Source: Guillardia theta CCMP2712 (Eukaryota > Protista > Cryptophyta). Taken from it: DNA of 64,000 nt. Under the pieces are notes generated by a model. That model was not told the DNA's origin and ran no database searches. It saw only the letters and a program-made list of their open reading frames with translations. The position numbers and the translations under genes are program-made. The first letter of the stretch is position 1, and each line of letters opens with the position of its first letter. Below, piece after piece: positions 28,148 to 40,169 of the stretch. The stretch is taken from positions 300,407-364,406 of the forward strand of contig NW_005434605.1 of assembly GCF_000315625.1 (NCBI RefSeq), written 5' to 3'.

Positions 28148-28583
28148 TGTTGATCAGCGCTGATAGATCTGCTTGAGGAAATTCAGAAATCATCAACAAG
28201 GACTGTATCAAACAGCAAAAATACACTGTTCGTCTATGCACTACGACGCGTTAACATGCGATCCATATCGAGACATTTAGCAACGAAAACTTTGTTTAAC
28301 ACCAGTATCCCTACCCTATGATGGCGTGATCGCGTGCTAGTGTGGTGATAACCATCCCCCACTTTCATACCCAGACAAATATTCTCTACCTCCCTCCCTC
28401 TCCTGCTCCCTCCCTCCTCCTCCTCCCCGCGTTCTCCTTGATTGAGCTTGCATGGCATTCTGAATTGATCGACAGCTGTCCAATCCTTCTGTAACGGCAA
28501 TGTAACGGAAACACCATACCAACGGATCCGTAACGCACTCGGATCTCCAACGGTTACTGTAACGGTTCCGTCTTTGTCGGGCG

Positions 28584-30073
28584 ATGAGGGCGGGTTTGGC
28601 GGTAGCGCTTGTGCTGGCACTGGCGCCATGGCGGACGAGCACGTTCGAGATGGAGTGGAGCGAAGATGCTCTGAGTCTCTTCCACCAGCGCCACCGGCTC
28701 AGCCAGCCTGAGCTGGAGGTGGATCCCCGCGTGCAGGCTCGGATGGACAAGTGGGCGACTAGGTGAGGCAGGGAAGGGGTAGGTACTGACCGTGGCGGCA
28801 GGTACATGATCGAGGGCATGAACGATGTGATCGGATGGTTCGACCTGCAGGCTCTGCTCGTCCTCCGAGTCCTTTCGGCGCATCAGATCAAGAAAGGGGT
28901 GGAAGGAGGTGTGGCGGAGATAGGAGTCCACCACGGCAAGGTCCTGCAGAATCCTCGTGCATCTCCTCCTCCTCCCACCCCTCTGTTCTTGCCCTCCCCC
29001 AAACCCTCTGTTCTTCTCCTTCACCCGCACCTCATTTCTCTTCTGTTCTCCTCCTCCACCATTACCACCTCTTTCGTTGACGCTGTCATGATCCCCCACA
29101 GACCTTCACGGCCCTGAGCCTCATGAACTTGGACGCTGGGAGGCAAGGAGGACGAGCTGTCGCGATCGACGTCTTCGAGGAGCAGGATCTCAACGTGGAT
29201 GGATCGGGAGAAGGCGACCGGCAGGAGCTCTTGCGAACGCTGGAAAGATGGTGGATCATGCTGCACGATAGGAAGGAGGCTGAGACGCTTCTCTCCCCTC
29301 CAGGTGCGGGGATGTCTGCGTGACACCAGACAAGCTCGCCATCCTACAAACCGACTCGATGATCCTGCAGCCTGAGCAGGTCGGATCCTTGACGGAGGAG
29401 CCGCTGGCGTCTGACGAGCCCAGGTGCTGCAAGCGAACGACAAAAAGAAGCTGCGGATCTTCTCGATCGACGGCTCCCACACGGCTGAGGCCACATACAA
29501 CGACCTGTCAATCGTAACCGGAGCCTCTGCTGCGACAGCTCCTGATGAGGCTGACAGGCGGCTCGCGTGCTCGCACAGGACGGCATCATTATGGTGGACG
29601 ACTTCTTTGCTGAGGGGTCAGAGACATGTCGCCCTCCTAACATCGCACACTCACTCGGGAGCAGGTGGCCCGGCGTCTCCGAGGGAGTCATGAGGTTCTA
29701 CTACAACCAGTCGAGCCTCGACGAAGCCCCGCTTGTGCCCTTCTTCGTGGGGTTCAACAAGGTCGGCCTCCTCCTCGATGGCCGTGCTGTTGGTGAGGAC
29801 CTTGCTAGGTTCTGTTCGCGCGGGAGGAGGTCGCGAGCGAGTACATCGACAAGCTGTGAGAGGAAGGATCCTGCCAGCTTCCGGTGACGGTCAGCCGCAG
29901 GGTCTCGGAGAAGGACGTGATAGGCGATGATACGATGAAACTCAAGACGCAGACGATGTTGGGAAAGCCGGTGAGAACTTCCTCAGCCGGCATGACGACA
30001 GCTTCTGATGCGCCAGCAGATTATCGTGATGTCCGAGGAGGTTCAGTGCCGCAAGAAGAAGCGAAGCTTGTGA
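28584..30073 (+). CDS. Signal-peptide class I SAM methyltransferase (Methyltransf_24-like), multi-exon
   Basis: MRAGLAVALVLALAPW leader, then GGVAEIGVHHGK, AVAIDVFEEQ, RIFSIDGSHTAEATYNDL, GIIMVDDF and WPGVSEGV. Confidence 0.85.
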
Positions 30074-30197
30074 GGGAGCTTGTTGCTTCCCTTTTCAGGA
30101 GCCTTGACATCGTCCGTTGCAGGCTCCCCGGTGAAACATGCCCGGCAGGGTATCAGTGCTCGTGACGAGATCGCGGCAGTCAGCGATCTCGTTGGTT

Positions 30198-32393
30198 CTA
30201 GGGGTGAAAAAGTTTAACTCTTCCTGTCGGAGGGGAGGAGGACACAGAAAATGTACACTAGAAATTGGCAGGAGGAGGCATCGGACGCTCAGCATCCCTC
30301 CCATTCGAGTGCCAATGGTTGTGATTGACCTTGTACCCCCCACGTCTCATCTTCATCGGTCCTCTCCGTCCTTATATGGCAAGAGAGGGGATCCCTCGAA
30401 TAGCTCCTCCTCAATGGACCGGGTTCCATGGGAGAATCTTCCCCGTATCTGTGCCGAGGAAGAGGATCTTGCCCGGTCCATTGGGCCAGGGTATGGCGAG
30501 CATGGAAGAGATCTAGTGGAGCATTAGGCAGCGAAGGATGCATGCATGCCGTTAACCTTCCCTCCTCCGACCAGGTCTATCATCTTAGGGGAGAACTGAA
30601 CCATCTTCAATGCTCCGTGATGCAGTTGACGATCGTAAACCTTCGGGAAGGATAGGAAGAGGATGAGATAAGACAAGGGAGGGGGGAGTGGCTCACCAAG
30701 ACGCTCCCACCTGACGTGCCCATGTAGAGGTAGTGCCCGCTAAGTCTGTTCAAGTTGCCCTCGATTACTTTACCTGTTCCTGGGGCAGAACGTCAGTGAA
30801 AAATGAGGAGGAGGAGGAGTGTTTCGAATGGGTGGTGTGACAGGTATAGGACGAGGAAGTATAGTGGGAGGGGTGCCCATGGTGAAAAGGGCAAAGGAGT
30901 CAAGTGATCAGAAGGCTTGCCTGGGGGCGAGAGGTCCATGCAGAGGAGGCGCTCCCAATCGCGTGCGAGGACTCCAAGGTTCTGAAGGGCATTCGTTTCT
31001 GCAGCCTGCAAGCCATCAAATTGGTAAGAGGAGTTGCTAGCTACTTGCGAAATGCTTGATGGTGGGAGATCATTTGAGGAGCGAGCAAGGGGACTGAAAA
31101 TCAGCATACCAGTTTCAACGTGAAAGCCGCGAAGCTGGTTCTGTTTTGTCATGTATCAAAACCACTGTAGAGAGAGGGCGCAGCAGACTCACCCGCGTTG
31201 AGAGGAGCCGGTCTCACCCTCTGAGCAAGGCTTCCAGCACTTGAGGAAACCATCATGACTGCATGTGAAGAGCACGTCCTCCAACTCTCCTTCCTCCCTC
31301 GGCGACCACTTCATGCCGGTGATGCGGCCGTCATGCGCCTGCACGATGCTGGGCTTTATCAACTGCACCTCGTCCCCTCCCTGCAGAAGGGACTGAACGT
31401 TCCACACCATGAGCCTGCCCCTGATGTCCCCGCTAAAGAGCAAGTGCGAAGAGCAGGAGAGGCTTAGGATATCCGCGTCTGACTCGAGGTCCCCCACATG
31501 CTCCACCTCTTCCCCCTTGTGCCTCCAGACCTTGACGAAGTTGCAGCCGCACGTGAAGACGAGGTCCCCGCAGCATGCTATCGCTCGCACCCATCCCGTG
31601 TGGTCCGGCATGTCGTATTTCTTCCTCAGGCCGTCTCCTGCCACCTCGTTCGATTCAACTTTTCCATCACCTCCTTCCGTGAGCCTGGCCTTCAGTTTGC
31701 CCTTGTCATACTCCCAGCACTCTGCTTTCCTCGATTTGCCCCTTCCCACCCAGAGCTCACGCCCGACGCACTGCAGGGAGAAAATGCTCCTGTCGTCGGC
31801 GGACATGGTGACCGTCCCGTAGGGCAGGAGTTTAGGAGGAGGGTCGCTGTACCTCCCGTACGCTTCAATTCCCTCAGTCACGTTCAGCTGCCATAGCCGG
31901 AGTGTCCCGTCATGAGCCCCCGAAGCGAGAACGACTTTCCTCCCATCAGACGAGTCCAGCGGCAGGACGGCGAGGGCAGCAACACTTCCGTTGAGGTGCA
32001 TGGCAGTGTTGAATGTCTTGGGTGCGCTCAACTCCCTGGTCAGCTCCTCATGCTCATCCGAGAGGTTCTGCTCCTGAAGACAAGCCGTCAACCTCAGAGC
32101 ACCGGCACATGTCGACTCACGTATCGCTTCAGCTTGAAACGAAGGAAGTTCCTCTTCGGAGCCTCCTCGCTCGAGGCGGCGAGACCTCGGCACCCCGTTC
32201 GTTCGACGGAGCCATGTCTGCCTCGACGACGAACGACCTCAGCAGCTTGCCAGCTGGACACAAACGAGGAGGGCGGGCATGATGCGGCACGCAGGTGGGC
32301 AAGGCGAGATGTGCCTGCCAGGAGGTTGAAGGTGGAGGAAGGAGATAGGGAGCATGAGAAGAGGAGGAGCATCGGGAAGGGGGAGCTTTTCAT
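30198..32393 (-). CDS. WD40-repeat protein with a possible bipartite plastid-targeting leader
   Basis: ASGAHDGTLRLWQ, DHTGWVRAI..VKVW, LFSGDIRGRLMVWN and AHDGRIT..TCSHDGFLKCWK. N-terminus MKSSPFPMLLLFSCSLSPSSTFNLL has a hydrophobic stretch followed by Phe. The 3' exons are uncertain. Confidence 0.7.
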
Positions 32394-32423
32394 CCTGTAC
32401 TTGTCGTGTATGCGATCGCCCCT

Positions 32424-33065
32424 TCAGTTCTTTGGGCTTGTTGGGAGCAGGCGGTAAATCGGCAGGAGGAAAGCGAGGGCGGCTAAGCAGAGGATGACGA
32501 GCCCTGTCGCCCTCCAGATCCCGATGGAGTGAGAGAGCAAGGAGAGAAAGAGGGAGGCAGCAGCCCCTGCAGCGATGGATCGGTAGGACTCCCACAGCAG
32601 CGAGAGGAAGGTGACGAAGAAGATAAGCACGGAGAACTGGATCTGTTGCGCGCGATCAGCATGGACAGAAGTGGAGCAGCGCCAAAGTACCGAGCTAAAG
32701 AGCGCTCTCTCTCCCAGGAAGTACAGAAGCGCAAGGCCGGCGACAAGAGCGATCACGACTTCGAGCAGCACACGAGTCAGCACAAGACCACACCAATGAG
32801 CTCGTATGACACCCATCACTCATGCCTGCCTCCCTCACTCCCTCACTCACTCCCTCCCTCCCTCCCTCCCTCACTCACTCACTCACTCACTCACTCACTC
32901 ACTCCCTCCCTCCTTCACTCACTCCCTCACTCCCTCCCTCACTCACTCCCTCCCTCCCTCCCTCACTCACTCACTCACTCACTTCCTCCTCATCCTCTCC
33001 TTCGCCCCCGCCCACCTCCCCACCGGCCCCTCACCTGCTGGCAGAGCGAGAAGCGCCCCAGCCAT
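32424..33065 (-). CDS. Small multi-pass membrane protein (3 exons)
   Basis: MAGALLALPA | VVIALVAGLALLYFLGERALFS | IQFSVLIFFVTFLSLLW...GLVILCLAALAFLLPIY, separated by GT-AG introns. Confidence 0.5.
32828..32985. repeat. Compound (CACT)/(CCCT) tetranucleotide microsatellite, intronic; similar (GAGTGAGG)n at ~18355-18405
   Basis: Directly visible. Confidence 0.9.
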
Positions 33066-33233
33066 GCGCCTCCTCCCGGACCCTCCCTTTCTATTTTTTT
33101 GAGGCCCTCCCTCCCTCCACCGCACTATCCTTCCCTGATCCTTACTCTATCCTTGACCACTTCCGCTATCCTTGACTGCCACCTACTACCTCAGTCCGTC
33201 CTTTCCCTCTCCTCCTACTCCTGCTGCTGCTGC

Positions 33234-33272
<39 letters not shown>

Positions 33273-33476
33273 TACTCTTTCATCGTCACCTACTCTTTCA
33301 TCGTCTCCTTCTCCTACACCTGTGATCCAACCCTTACTCTCTCCCTTGCTTCAAGAGATGTGCAGTGGACGACGCTGGTGCACACACTGGGGACGGCATG
33401 GAGGCTTCTGGAGTGTGGGTGTGAGGGAGAGCATTTCGATAGCCCGTCGACATTCCAAACAAGAGAATTTTACAGG

Positions 33477-35251
33477 TCATCCTACGTGGGTGGACAACTT
33501 GAACCCGAAGTCTGCTCCCCCACGGTAGTGAATGCTCACAGAGTCCTGAGTCCCGAAAGTTGCAACGATGCCTGGCAGGGAGGGGAAACGGAGGGAGGGG
33601 AGAGGAGGGGAGGGAGGGGAGGGAGGGGAGGGGAAGAGAAACACAACATCAGGCATCCCGTCCATGAACAGAGCACGAGTCTTACGGGAGTCCAATGAGT
33701 CAGGAGGAGATTGAAGGTCGACAGGCCTGTGTGCAATGCCGTACATCGAGGGCTCGTCGGTCTTGACACGGCTAGAGCAGGCAACGATCAGAGCCAGTGA
33801 CAGGGGCCGCACACTCCCTGACCTGGCCAGCGTCCCCGACCGCGACCAGATGTACATGGCTGGCTCGGCGCCTGGGATGAGGCCTGAGGTGAAGAGGATA
33901 GGGAAGAGGGAGAGGTACCTGCACTGATGATCTTATCCCCACAAAACGTCACGGCCTGTGAAGCAACAAGCGTTATCAGCCGTCAGCCAAACGTCAGCTG
34001 CGGGCTCCCTACCTGCACGTCGCCGCATGAAGGCATGGCAGCGACCAGCTTCCTGCTTCCGAGGTGCCACAACCAGACACATTTCCCTCCTCCTCCCGCC
34101 GCCACCCAGTTGCTCTTCTCAACGTCGACCGCTCCCACGAACTGACTGGCACCCGGGCCGTTGGAGACGGGGAGGAGCTCCCCAGCCCTCTTGGAGTCCC
34201 TGCTCCCTTGTCACAAGGCTCACAACCCTGAAACCTTGACGCTCAACCTCAGGTCCCACAGCAGCACCTTCCCGTCCTCGGCTCCCGTCACAAAAAGGTT
34301 CTCATCCTTGCACTGCACGCAATGCAGGTACTTGTCGTGTCCTTGGAAGGTCGCCTTGACCTTGAACGTCCCACTATCCCACGCATACGCCTTCGAGTCT
34401 CCTGCACCGTGGGGCTCAGATCAACTTCTGCACACAGCACACCACTGCTCGCCCATCACCTGCTGCAGAAATGAAGGTTGACCCCGAGGTGTTCCGAGCG
34501 AGCCCGTTGGTCTCAGCCACGGGCAGAGTTGCCCCCCGCCCCTGCCTTGAGTCACTTCATATCTCAGCACCACGAGACTCACGATGCAAATCTGGGGTTG
34601 CACGAAGCTGTCGATCAGCACAGCTTTGGCACCGAGCAAAGAATCTGCCTTCCATGCTCGCATGCCATCGTCGGACCCTGTGAGGATTACCTGTCCAATT
34701 CTCAGTGCAAGCATGCTAGGATTGGCGGGATACATCTTTGGAAAGAGACAGCATGCAGAAAATCGAGCAATCATGGAGTTTGTGGGTAAACGCGGGGCTG
34801 GGTTTGCAGTCTCTTCCTGCAGATTCCCAAAAGGACGCGTTCAACATTCTGAGGGAAAGTCAGATTGTCAGAGGAAGAGGGTCTGCACGAACGGGTCGAT
34901 CTCCCAGACCAGCATTTTTCCTTCAGATCCTGCAGCATGACGAGTCACTCTACTCAGAGACAGCTCCATGCTCTCTTGGCCCTCTGTCTGGCACGACAAC
35001 CTCGCACTCCGACACAACCCCCCAGGTCAACAGGGGAAAGGGGAGTTCGGAGAGCAAAGCAGGAGGCTGCTTCACAGTTGATGACAAGAAGAGAAGCAGG
35101 CAAGGAGCAGGACAAGCAAGCCGTCTCAGCCATCGCCCTCACCTGCTGCCAACACATGTCGCTCTACGAACATCCCCGCGAAGAGCGTGCCCATGGCGCC
35201 GACTACCTTCCCGGGCCACCCGGGCCACCCGGGCCATCCGTCAGCCGGCAT
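33477..35251 (-). CDS. THOC6: THO complex subunit 6 (WDR58/DWA1-like WD40), multi-exon
   Basis: TLFAGMF..VLAAGSEGKMLVW, GDSKAYAWDSGTFKVKATFQGHDKYLHCV..VTGAEDGKVLLWDLR and NWVAAGGGGKCVWLWHL match the THOC6 pattern. Confidence 0.8.
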
Positions 35252-35415
35252 GCCGCGCACTGAACTCTGAGCTACTAGCCCCCAGGAAAGCGGGGGGATG
35301 AGGGACCGCGTGACCCGAATTGAATCTTTCTGTTACAGTTTTCTCGGGATGTAACGGAGTGTTAAGTAAAAGAAGTTTTTTTAGGAGGAGACTCGTGCGC
35401 GAGCGTAGCGGCAGA

Positions 35416-36558
35416 ATGAAGGTAAGATGGGCAATGGTGTCGCGCTCGTGGGAGGATGGGCGGGAAGAGGAGGATATGAAGGGTTGTGAGATGAACTTGA
35501 AAGTATGGTAGATGGTTGCTTGTGGTCATTGTTGTTGTATGCGGTCCAAATCCTGTGCGGATCGCATCACGAGATGATCGATGATGTGGCGATTTAGTAT
35601 CAGTCCTTACGGTGTGTGGGAGGCTTCTATGCTTGATAGCAGGATGCAGTGGTTGAAATATGTGTATATGCAGTATGAAGTCCGTGTTTACATCTTGACT
35701 CATTGCTTTGTAGTTCAACATCGCGAACCCTGCAACTGGCTGCCAGAAGGTGCTGGAGGTCGAAGATGAGCGCAAATTGTAAGTAGTCTACCTTGATGTT
35801 GTTGTCCACCTCGCATGTCTTATTTGTGGGAATCAGGCGCGAATTCTACGACAAGCGCATGAACCAGGAAGTTCAGGGTGACGTGCTTGGCGATGAGTTC
35901 AAGGGATACGTCTTCAAGATCTCTGGAGGAAATGACAAGCAGGGTTTCCCCATGAAGCAGGGTGTCATGACCAGCAAACGTGTCCGCCTCCTCCTCAAGA
36001 AGGGATCCTCCTGCTACCGTCCCCGCAGGAAGGGAGAGCGCAAGAGGAAGTCTGTCCGTGGATGCATCGTCTCTTCCGACATCCAAGTCCTCAACTTGTT
36101 GATCGTCCAGAAGGGTGAGGGTGAGCTCCCAGGACTCACTGGTGAGTTTTTGCCTCGCCCCTGCTTGAATCCGAAGTCTTATGTTTCGTGCAGACACCTC
36201 TGTGCCCCGCCGCCTTGGTCCCAAGCGTGCTACCCGCATCAGGAAGCTCTTCGCTCTCGAGAAGGGTGACAAGCTCGAGAAGCAGTACCGCCTCAAGCGT
36301 GAGGTTTCTCGTGGTGAGGGCAAGAAGCCCACCATCAAGGCACCCAAGGTGCAGCGTCTCGTTACCCCCCAGCGTCTCCAGAGGAGACGTGCCGAGAAGG
36401 CGCTCAAGAAGGCTAGCCGTGAGAAGAGCAAGGAGGACGCTAAGAAGTACCACGACTTGGTCATTAAGCGCAAGAAGGAGGCCAAGGAGAAGCGTGCCGA
36501 GCAGGCTTCCAAGCGTAGATCCCAGAACTCTGCTACCAAGAGCGGTGCATCAAAGTAA
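35416..36558 (+). CDS. RPS6: 40S ribosomal protein S6 (eS6)
   Basis: MK | [12 protein letters not shown].. | [45 protein letters not shown] | [20 protein letters not shown]. Intron 1 is 35422-35713. Confidence 0.98.
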
Positions 36559-36655
36559 ACTTTTCGACTTCATTCATTACAAAGCAGAAAACCAAAGTTT
36601 CCATTCATTCGAATATGATTCCTTCGAGCATGTTTGTTCAGAGATATATTTACAT

Positions 36656-37415
36656 TTATTTTGTTACCGAAGCAGCAACAACTTGTTGTAATGTTGTGTA
36701 TTCCACTTCGTAGAGTTCAGATAGGACCGGCCAGACGTTCTTCCGTGCAACAATCAAGACACGTTGGGATGTGTCAGGAGAGCACAAGTTAGAAAGTGCT
36801 TGGGAAAACGAAGGTTCAAGTCCTTGTTTGCGCTTGATTTCTAACGGCCCGATCTCGTCGATGATCAAGTAGTCCACCCTTACACTCTCATCGAGCTCCT
36901 GACGCGCCCATTTGAACACTGCCTCATCGAAAATGAATGGCCCAACGGCTACGGTTGATTCCCCGTATGTCGACGTAGCTCCTTCTGCTCACTAGAAATC
37001 AGATGATTGCAGAAGATCGCGCACTGATTCTCCACCCCCTCATGCACTCTCCTTACTGAATCCACTCGTCAGGATTTACCTTGATCAGAATGAAATTCCA
37101 TCTCGCCTTTCATGTCTTTCTTGAAAGCTTTCATCTTTTCTTTGGTCTCCTCACTTATTTCATTCAATTGGAGCAACCGAGTTTCTGAGCTCGAAATTCG
37201 TATCAAATGGCGACGGTCATCTTTGGTGGGGGCAACGACTCCAGCCACACTGCCGGTATGCAAGCATCGAGGAGGAGCATCAATATCCAAGAAAGCAAGG
37301 GATGGGGTCAAGACCTCTTTCCTCGGCGCTTGAGTTCTTCCGCTGCCTCCAAGAGGGTCGACCTGGTGGCTCCTCCTGCCTCCTCCGGGCTGATGACGAT
37401 CAGCGGTGTCGGCAT
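36656..37415 (-). CDS. NTPase_1/DUF2478-like P-loop-fold protein with degenerate Walker A, multi-exon
   Basis: MPTPLIVISPEEAGGATRSTLLEAAEELKRRGK|SVAGVVAP, VGPFIFDEAVF and DYLIIDEIGPLE (Walker B of the NTPCR type). Confidence 0.65.
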
Positions 37416-37507
37416 CGAAGGTATCGAAACTTTAGAAGTATGAAAGTTTACTCGAAAGTTCTGATGGCTGAACATGGTTCAAAGTTTGAAACTTGTTAAA
37501 TATCCGT

Positions 37508-37890
37508 CGTGGGGGTAGGGGTGCTCAATATCCCTTTAAGTGTACGGGTGTAATGTTGTGCTATTTGGTGGGTAGGGGTAGTCAATCCTGGTTGTTGACC
37601 CTCGAACGGCGAAGTGCTGAGCCCCTCGAGGGTGGGGTGATCATGGGTAATATGGGGGGTGGGGGTATGAGTATCAGGGTGGAAGAGCCAAAAAGGTGGT
37701 TGCGGTGGGGGTCGGATGTTTGAACTAGACCTGAAGGGGTAGGGTAGTATGTTGAAGTAGCCGGTGATTGGTGGGTTCTTTATATATGAAACATGGGGTC
37801 CTTTGTGGACAGAAGGTAGGGTGGTAGTTTTTTGGGGTGACGAGAAGGGTGGGGTACAAGGTAGGGCAGGATCAAGGGGTGGGTAAAATT
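37508..37890 (+). promoter_or_regulatory. Cluster of GGGTA(GGG) motifs in a divergent intergenic region
   Basis: gggggtaggggt (37511), ggtaggggta (37571), ggggtatg, gggtagggtag (~37738), gtagggtggtag, ggggtac, gggtaaa. Confidence 0.5.
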
Positions 37891-38459
37891 TTGCTGATGC
37901 TGCTAGTTTGGGCGAAAATGAATACACGGGAGGACAACAAAACGGCAGGATGGGAAGGAGGGGGAAGGGGATGGGAGGGGATGGGAGGGACATGAATGAA
38001 ATGAATTCTATGGAATTGATAAGGAGAGCAGTAGAGAACGGGAGACGGGATGAAGAGAATCAAAGAGAAAAGAAGGACAGACCACACAAGCATTGGCAAT
38101 GAATCTATCTCGAAGATGTTGAATTATCGTTGCATTTGATTGGACTCAGTCGATCACTTTATCTATGATGTTTTCTTGCCTTACTTTTTCCTGATCACCC
38201 CGTGAGATGATGTGGCAAGGAGGGTGAGCATGGTAGAAAAGGTGCCGGGCTCCTACGAAGCTGATATGAGAGCCGTTATGTCATCCTTCCTGCAGAGCCC
38301 ATGTGATCCAATGAAACTTGAAAGATATCACTTTCGATATATGCTTGCGGCCATACCTGTGTGATGTATTTCAATCGAGATCCGTGATTTGATGCCAAAA
38401 CCGAGTTCTTGCTCTTTGCTAACTGTGTTTGCTTCCGCTAGTCCTGAAAGGAGTCCAAG

Positions 38460-39193
38460 ATGTCCGGCAATAATTGGGGAGGTGGAGCAGGTTGGGACGA
38501 GAGAAACTGGGATGCAGTCCGTCAGCAGGAGCAGAAGAAGCAGGAAATTTTGGTGAAGGCTTCTCAGAACTCAGAGAAGATCAGGCAGATGGTCAGGCAA
38601 ACCGACCAAACTCGTCAGGTCGCAGGAGAGACTCTCACCGTCCTCGACCAGCAATCTGGTGAGTGAAATCTGCATTGTCAAGATGATGCGGACTGAGAGT
38701 GTGGGCAGAGCAACTGAAGCGCATGCATGGGGAGGTGGACAAGATAGAAGCTAACCTGAACTTCGCTGATCGCACCATCCGAGGAATGGAATCCATCTGG
38801 GGCTCCTTCAAGAACTACATGACAAAGGGCAACGTCAAGAGCTCACGTCCAAGAGCGGAGGCTGAAGCCGAGAAGCTAGATCAGAACAGGTCCGCAAGGC
38901 AGTCGGGCAGCACTGGAAGGAACCTGGCCGATTCTTTCAACGCCCGAGCTAACAACCAGCAAAAGGAGTACGCTTCTGACTGGAAAGGTAAACTTCAGAA
39001 GCTAGAAGACCAACAGGAGAACGATCTGGATGATCTGTCGAGAATGGTTGGAGAACTTAAGGCCATGGGGAAGGATATGGGAACAACTCTTGATTCGCAG
39101 ACTAAGTCGATCGAACGCTTGTCGGACAGGACAGATGCTGTGGACTCCAGGCTGGCCAAGTCGAACATTCGCGTTAAGAAGATGCTTGGATAG
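38460..39193 (+). CDS. SNAP25-family Qbc-SNARE (2 coding exons)
   Basis: Two SNARE helices, TLTVLDQQS|EQLKRMHGEVDKIEANLNFADRTIRGMESIWG and QENDLDDLSRMVGELKAMGKDMGTTLDSQ. Confidence 0.9.
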
Positions 39194-39302
39194 TTAAAGG
39201 AATTTTTTCTGTTTACAAATTTAATTCAGTATCAATAGAAGCACTTCAAAGCAGGATGGAAGCGGCCAGGATTAACGCTGCCCTGTCGTTTCATTAACCT
39301 AC

Positions 39303-40169
39303 CTATGAATATGGTCCATCGACGAGCTTGTACACTAAATACTCGCTCGTTCCGAAATAACGCGTTGCCAGCTTGTGGCCCATCGGAGTGGGCTGAGAGA
39401 AAGCACAAAAGTTAGGAGGAACAACGCTGCCGTTGTGAAAGCTTTCTCTCACACTGTCCAACAACTTTTTTGCATGTCCTTTCCTCCTGTGATTCTTGTG
39501 AATCCAAATTTGGCAAATTCCACATTCAGCTCTTTCTGCGCGTTCAGAAAGCATAATCAGTGCGTCCTCATCTTCCTCATTTTCTACTGCAGGCCGTGGC
39601 AGAGCTTTGTATGCTTTGTTGATCTCCTCCGCTAATATGTATCCAATCACTCGTTTCCTTTGCGATATCAGCAAGTAGTATGCGTGAAACCTCGACTCAA
39701 GCCGTTCGCTGCAGTCAATACCCCCCATCTGTTGTTCGACAGAATTTCTGACTTCCTCTGCCTTTTCTATGTGTGATGCTTGATCGTCGGGACGAATGCA
39801 AACTATCCGAGATCCGCAATCAAATCGCTTTATGACCCGCTCGTTCCTGAAGCCTCGAAATTCCACGCCCTCCACTGCGTTGGCATGCACTTTCTTGTGT
39901 AGAGCTTCATCTGGCTCTAGACCAGGGCAAAATACCATTCCGCACACTTTGCATGCACGTGCACTGAAATCTCGTTGCCCAGCATCAATGAAAAGTTGTC
40001 GCATATCGTCATTCTTCCTCTTCTTCTGTGGCCGATGATTTGATTTTGGCGCTTCGACATTGTTTTTCCACTTGAGAACTTCTAGAGCAGAACGAACAGT
40101 CTTATCAGAGCGAGGAGCCGAAGGCGAATCCAAGAGTCCTTCTTCGGGGACACTGGAAGGGTCTTCCAT
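39303..40169 (-). CDS. ECO1: Cohesin acetyltransferase ECO1/ESCO
   Basis: QLFIDAGQRDF (PIP-like), CKVCGMVF..DEALHKKVH zinc finger, CGICQIWIHKNHRRKGHAKKLLD and AFSQPTPMG. Confidence 0.93.
   Translation of the reverse strand: MEDPSSVPEEGLLDSPSAPRSDKTVRSALEVLKWKNNVEAPKSNHRPQKKRKNDDMRQLFIDAGQRDFSARACKVCGMVFCPGLEPDEALHKKVHANAVEGVEFRGFRNERVIKRFDCGSRIVCIRPDDQASHIEKAEEVRNSVEQQMGGIDCSERLESRFHAYYLLISQRKRVIGYILAEEINKAYKALPRPAVENEEDEDALIMLSERAERAECGICQIWIHKNHRRKGHAKKLLDSVRESFHNGSVVPPNFCAFSQPTPMGHKLATRYFGTSEYLVYKLVDGPYS

Noticed and set aside
32424-32426. In-frame TGA as selenocysteine
   Set aside because: No redox motif context and no SECIS identified.
37508-37890. GGGTA arrays as interstitial telomere
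   Set aside because: Copies are dispersed and irregular rather than tandem, and are better explained as promoter motifs.
38202-38270. Possible C/D snoRNA in the SNARE 5' UTR intron
   Set aside because: Box C is imperfect (ATGATGT) and no recognisable rRNA-complementary guide was found.
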